Source: an uncultured Fibrobacterota bacterium | GTDB lineage: Bacteria > Fibrobacterota > Chitinivibrionia > Chitinivibrionales > FEN-1185 | Direction of reading: 5' to 3' | Assembly: GCA_963753345.1 (NCBI GenBank) | Contig: CAVWBU010000036.1 | Location: forward strand, 1-64,000 | Length of the DNA stretch: 64,000 nucleotides | Shown: positions 62,789 through 64,000 of the stretch, in pieces | Position numbering within the stretch: position 1 is the first letter of the stretch | Layout of the letters: every line of letters starts with the position of its first letter | Program-made: the position numbers and the translations under genes | The notes under the pieces: model-generated | What the model saw: the letters and a program-made list of their open reading frames with translations, nothing else | The model's database searches: none | Told to the model about the DNA's origin: nothing

Positions 62789-64000
62789 ATGAACCTGGCC
62801 GGGAGAATCCGTTTGTGTTTCGTGTTGTGGTGGTGCGCCTGCGCCGCGTCGCACGCGACCGACAACACCGACGGCCTGGACGGCGTGGTGCGCGTCCAGT
62901 CGGCAAAGACCCTCGGCCGCGCGAAAATGAACGTGGGGCTGGGCGTGGAGTTCCAGCAGTCCTCCGATTATGTAAAGGGCCCCACCTGGGATATCACGCG
63001 TATTGAGCCCCACGACACGACATTGACAAACGTGATACAGGACCCGGCCAAGATCATTTCCGGCAATTTCTTCCTGTCCATGGGACTGCTTGATTTCTGG
63101 GACCTTGCCGCGTCCCTGCCGCTGTACTACGACTGGAGCGGGTTCGGGCCGTACGACGCCGGGCTCGGCGACGTCGAGGTGATCTCCAAGTTCATGATGC
63201 CGCCGGTCTCGTTCAACAAGCTGTTCTACGAGGCTGTTATCATTGCGGCGACTCTCCCCACCGGCATGAAAGGCAACGGCCTCTTTCCGCGCCATCTGCA
63301 CTTTGCCGCCGACGCCGACACCAATCCTGCCAAGGATTTCTACACGGTCGGCTACGCCACCGTGAAACCGATGCTGGCGCTCACTCTCGATCTTGGAAAG
63401 CGGCACGTGCCGCTGCAGATCCACGCCAATCTCGGCGGCGTTTTCGCGGAAGTCAACACGGAGAATACGGTCGTGGGCGGGCTGGCCGTTGAATACACGC
63501 CGGCCGAATTCGTCACGCTTTTTGCCGAGATCACTGCGGAATCCCGCTGGAGCAACATTTCGTCCGGGTACGACATCCGGAAGGACCCGCTGTCGCTCAC
63601 TCCCGGGATAAGGATCAGCGCGCCCAACGGACTTTACTTCTTTTTGACCGGGGATTTCAGCCTTTCGTCGAAGGACGACCGGTACCGGTACAACTGGGAC
63701 AAAAAGGGATACAACTATTCCACCGGGATCCAGCCGGACTTCGGCGTGCAGTTCACGTTCGGATGGTCCGGGTTCGTGACAACGCAGGACCGGGACCACG
63801 ACGGCGTTCCCGACAACGTGGACCGCTGTCCCGACGATTCCGGGCCGGCGGCGAACAACGGCTGTCCCGACCCGGACAACGACAAGGACGGCGTCTGCGA
63901 TCCGTGGGTCTCCCAGAAACACCAGGAAAGCAAGTACGCCGACGTGTGCAAAGGCATTGACAAATGTCCAACACAGCCCGAAGACATGGACGGGTTTCAG
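62789..64000 (+). CDS. Second OmpA-family barrel/TSP3 paralog, truncated by the window end
   Basis: MNLAGRIRLCFVLWW.. SAKTLG, GLGDVE, FPRH, DPLSLTPG, DRDHDGVPDNVDRCP. Absent from the ORF track because no stop falls in the window. Confidence 0.85.
   Translation, partial: MNLAGRIRLCFVLWWCACAASHATDNTDGLDGVVRVQSAKTLGRAKMNVGLGVEFQQSSDYVKGPTWDITRIEPHDTTLTNVIQDPAKIISGNFFLSMGLLDFWDLAASLPLYYDWSGFGPYDAGLGDVEVISKFMMPPVSFNKLFYEAVIIAATLPTGMKGNGLFPRHLHFAADADTNPAKDFYTVGYATVKPMLALTLDLGKRHVPLQIHANLGGVFAEVNTENTVVGGLAVEYTPAEFVTLFAEITAESRWSNISSGYDIRKDPLSLTPGIRISAPNGLYFFLTGDFSLSSKDDRYRYNWDKKGYNYSTGIQPDFGVQFTFGWSGFVTTQDRDHDGVPDNVDRCPDDSGPAANNGCPDPDNDKDGVCDPWVSQKHQESKYADVCKGIDKCPTQPEDMDGFQ

Overview
64 kb of a GC-rich diderm bacterial chromosome. 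Gene style and the T9SS/FlgD-like C-terminal tails suggest Fibrobacterota/Chitinivibrionia (inference only). Housekeeping content: xth, lpdA, rlmI, rho, proC, HU, one CIRCE-controlled groES-groEL-hrcA-grpE-dnaK-(insert)-dnaJ operon, rarA, ffh-rpsP-rimM-trmD-rplS and trmH. Accessory content: a broken DUF262 + HEPN-like pair at the left edge, an AT-rich Zn-ribbon/HEPN-like gene between dnaK and dnaJ, two TA-like pairs, five tandem secreted beta-helix proteins, envelope genes and OmpA/TSP3 paralogs. The two most interesting signals: (1) a DUF2294 gene, then a terminator-bearing structured leader, then pckG-accD-accA and a pyruvate-carboxyltransferase::AccB fusion with no biotin carboxylase in the window, a candidate ATP-independent oxaloacetate:acetyl-CoA transcarboxylase; (2) a structured non-coding motif in two distant intergenic copies (about 6.1 kb on +, about 60.5 kb on -), a candidate small RNA. 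Several frameshifts (xth, redoxin, dnaK, ompA, HEPN-like gene) and an abrupt gene-to-gene break near 1045 suggest read or assembly errors, so frameshifts are not taken as real pseudogenes.
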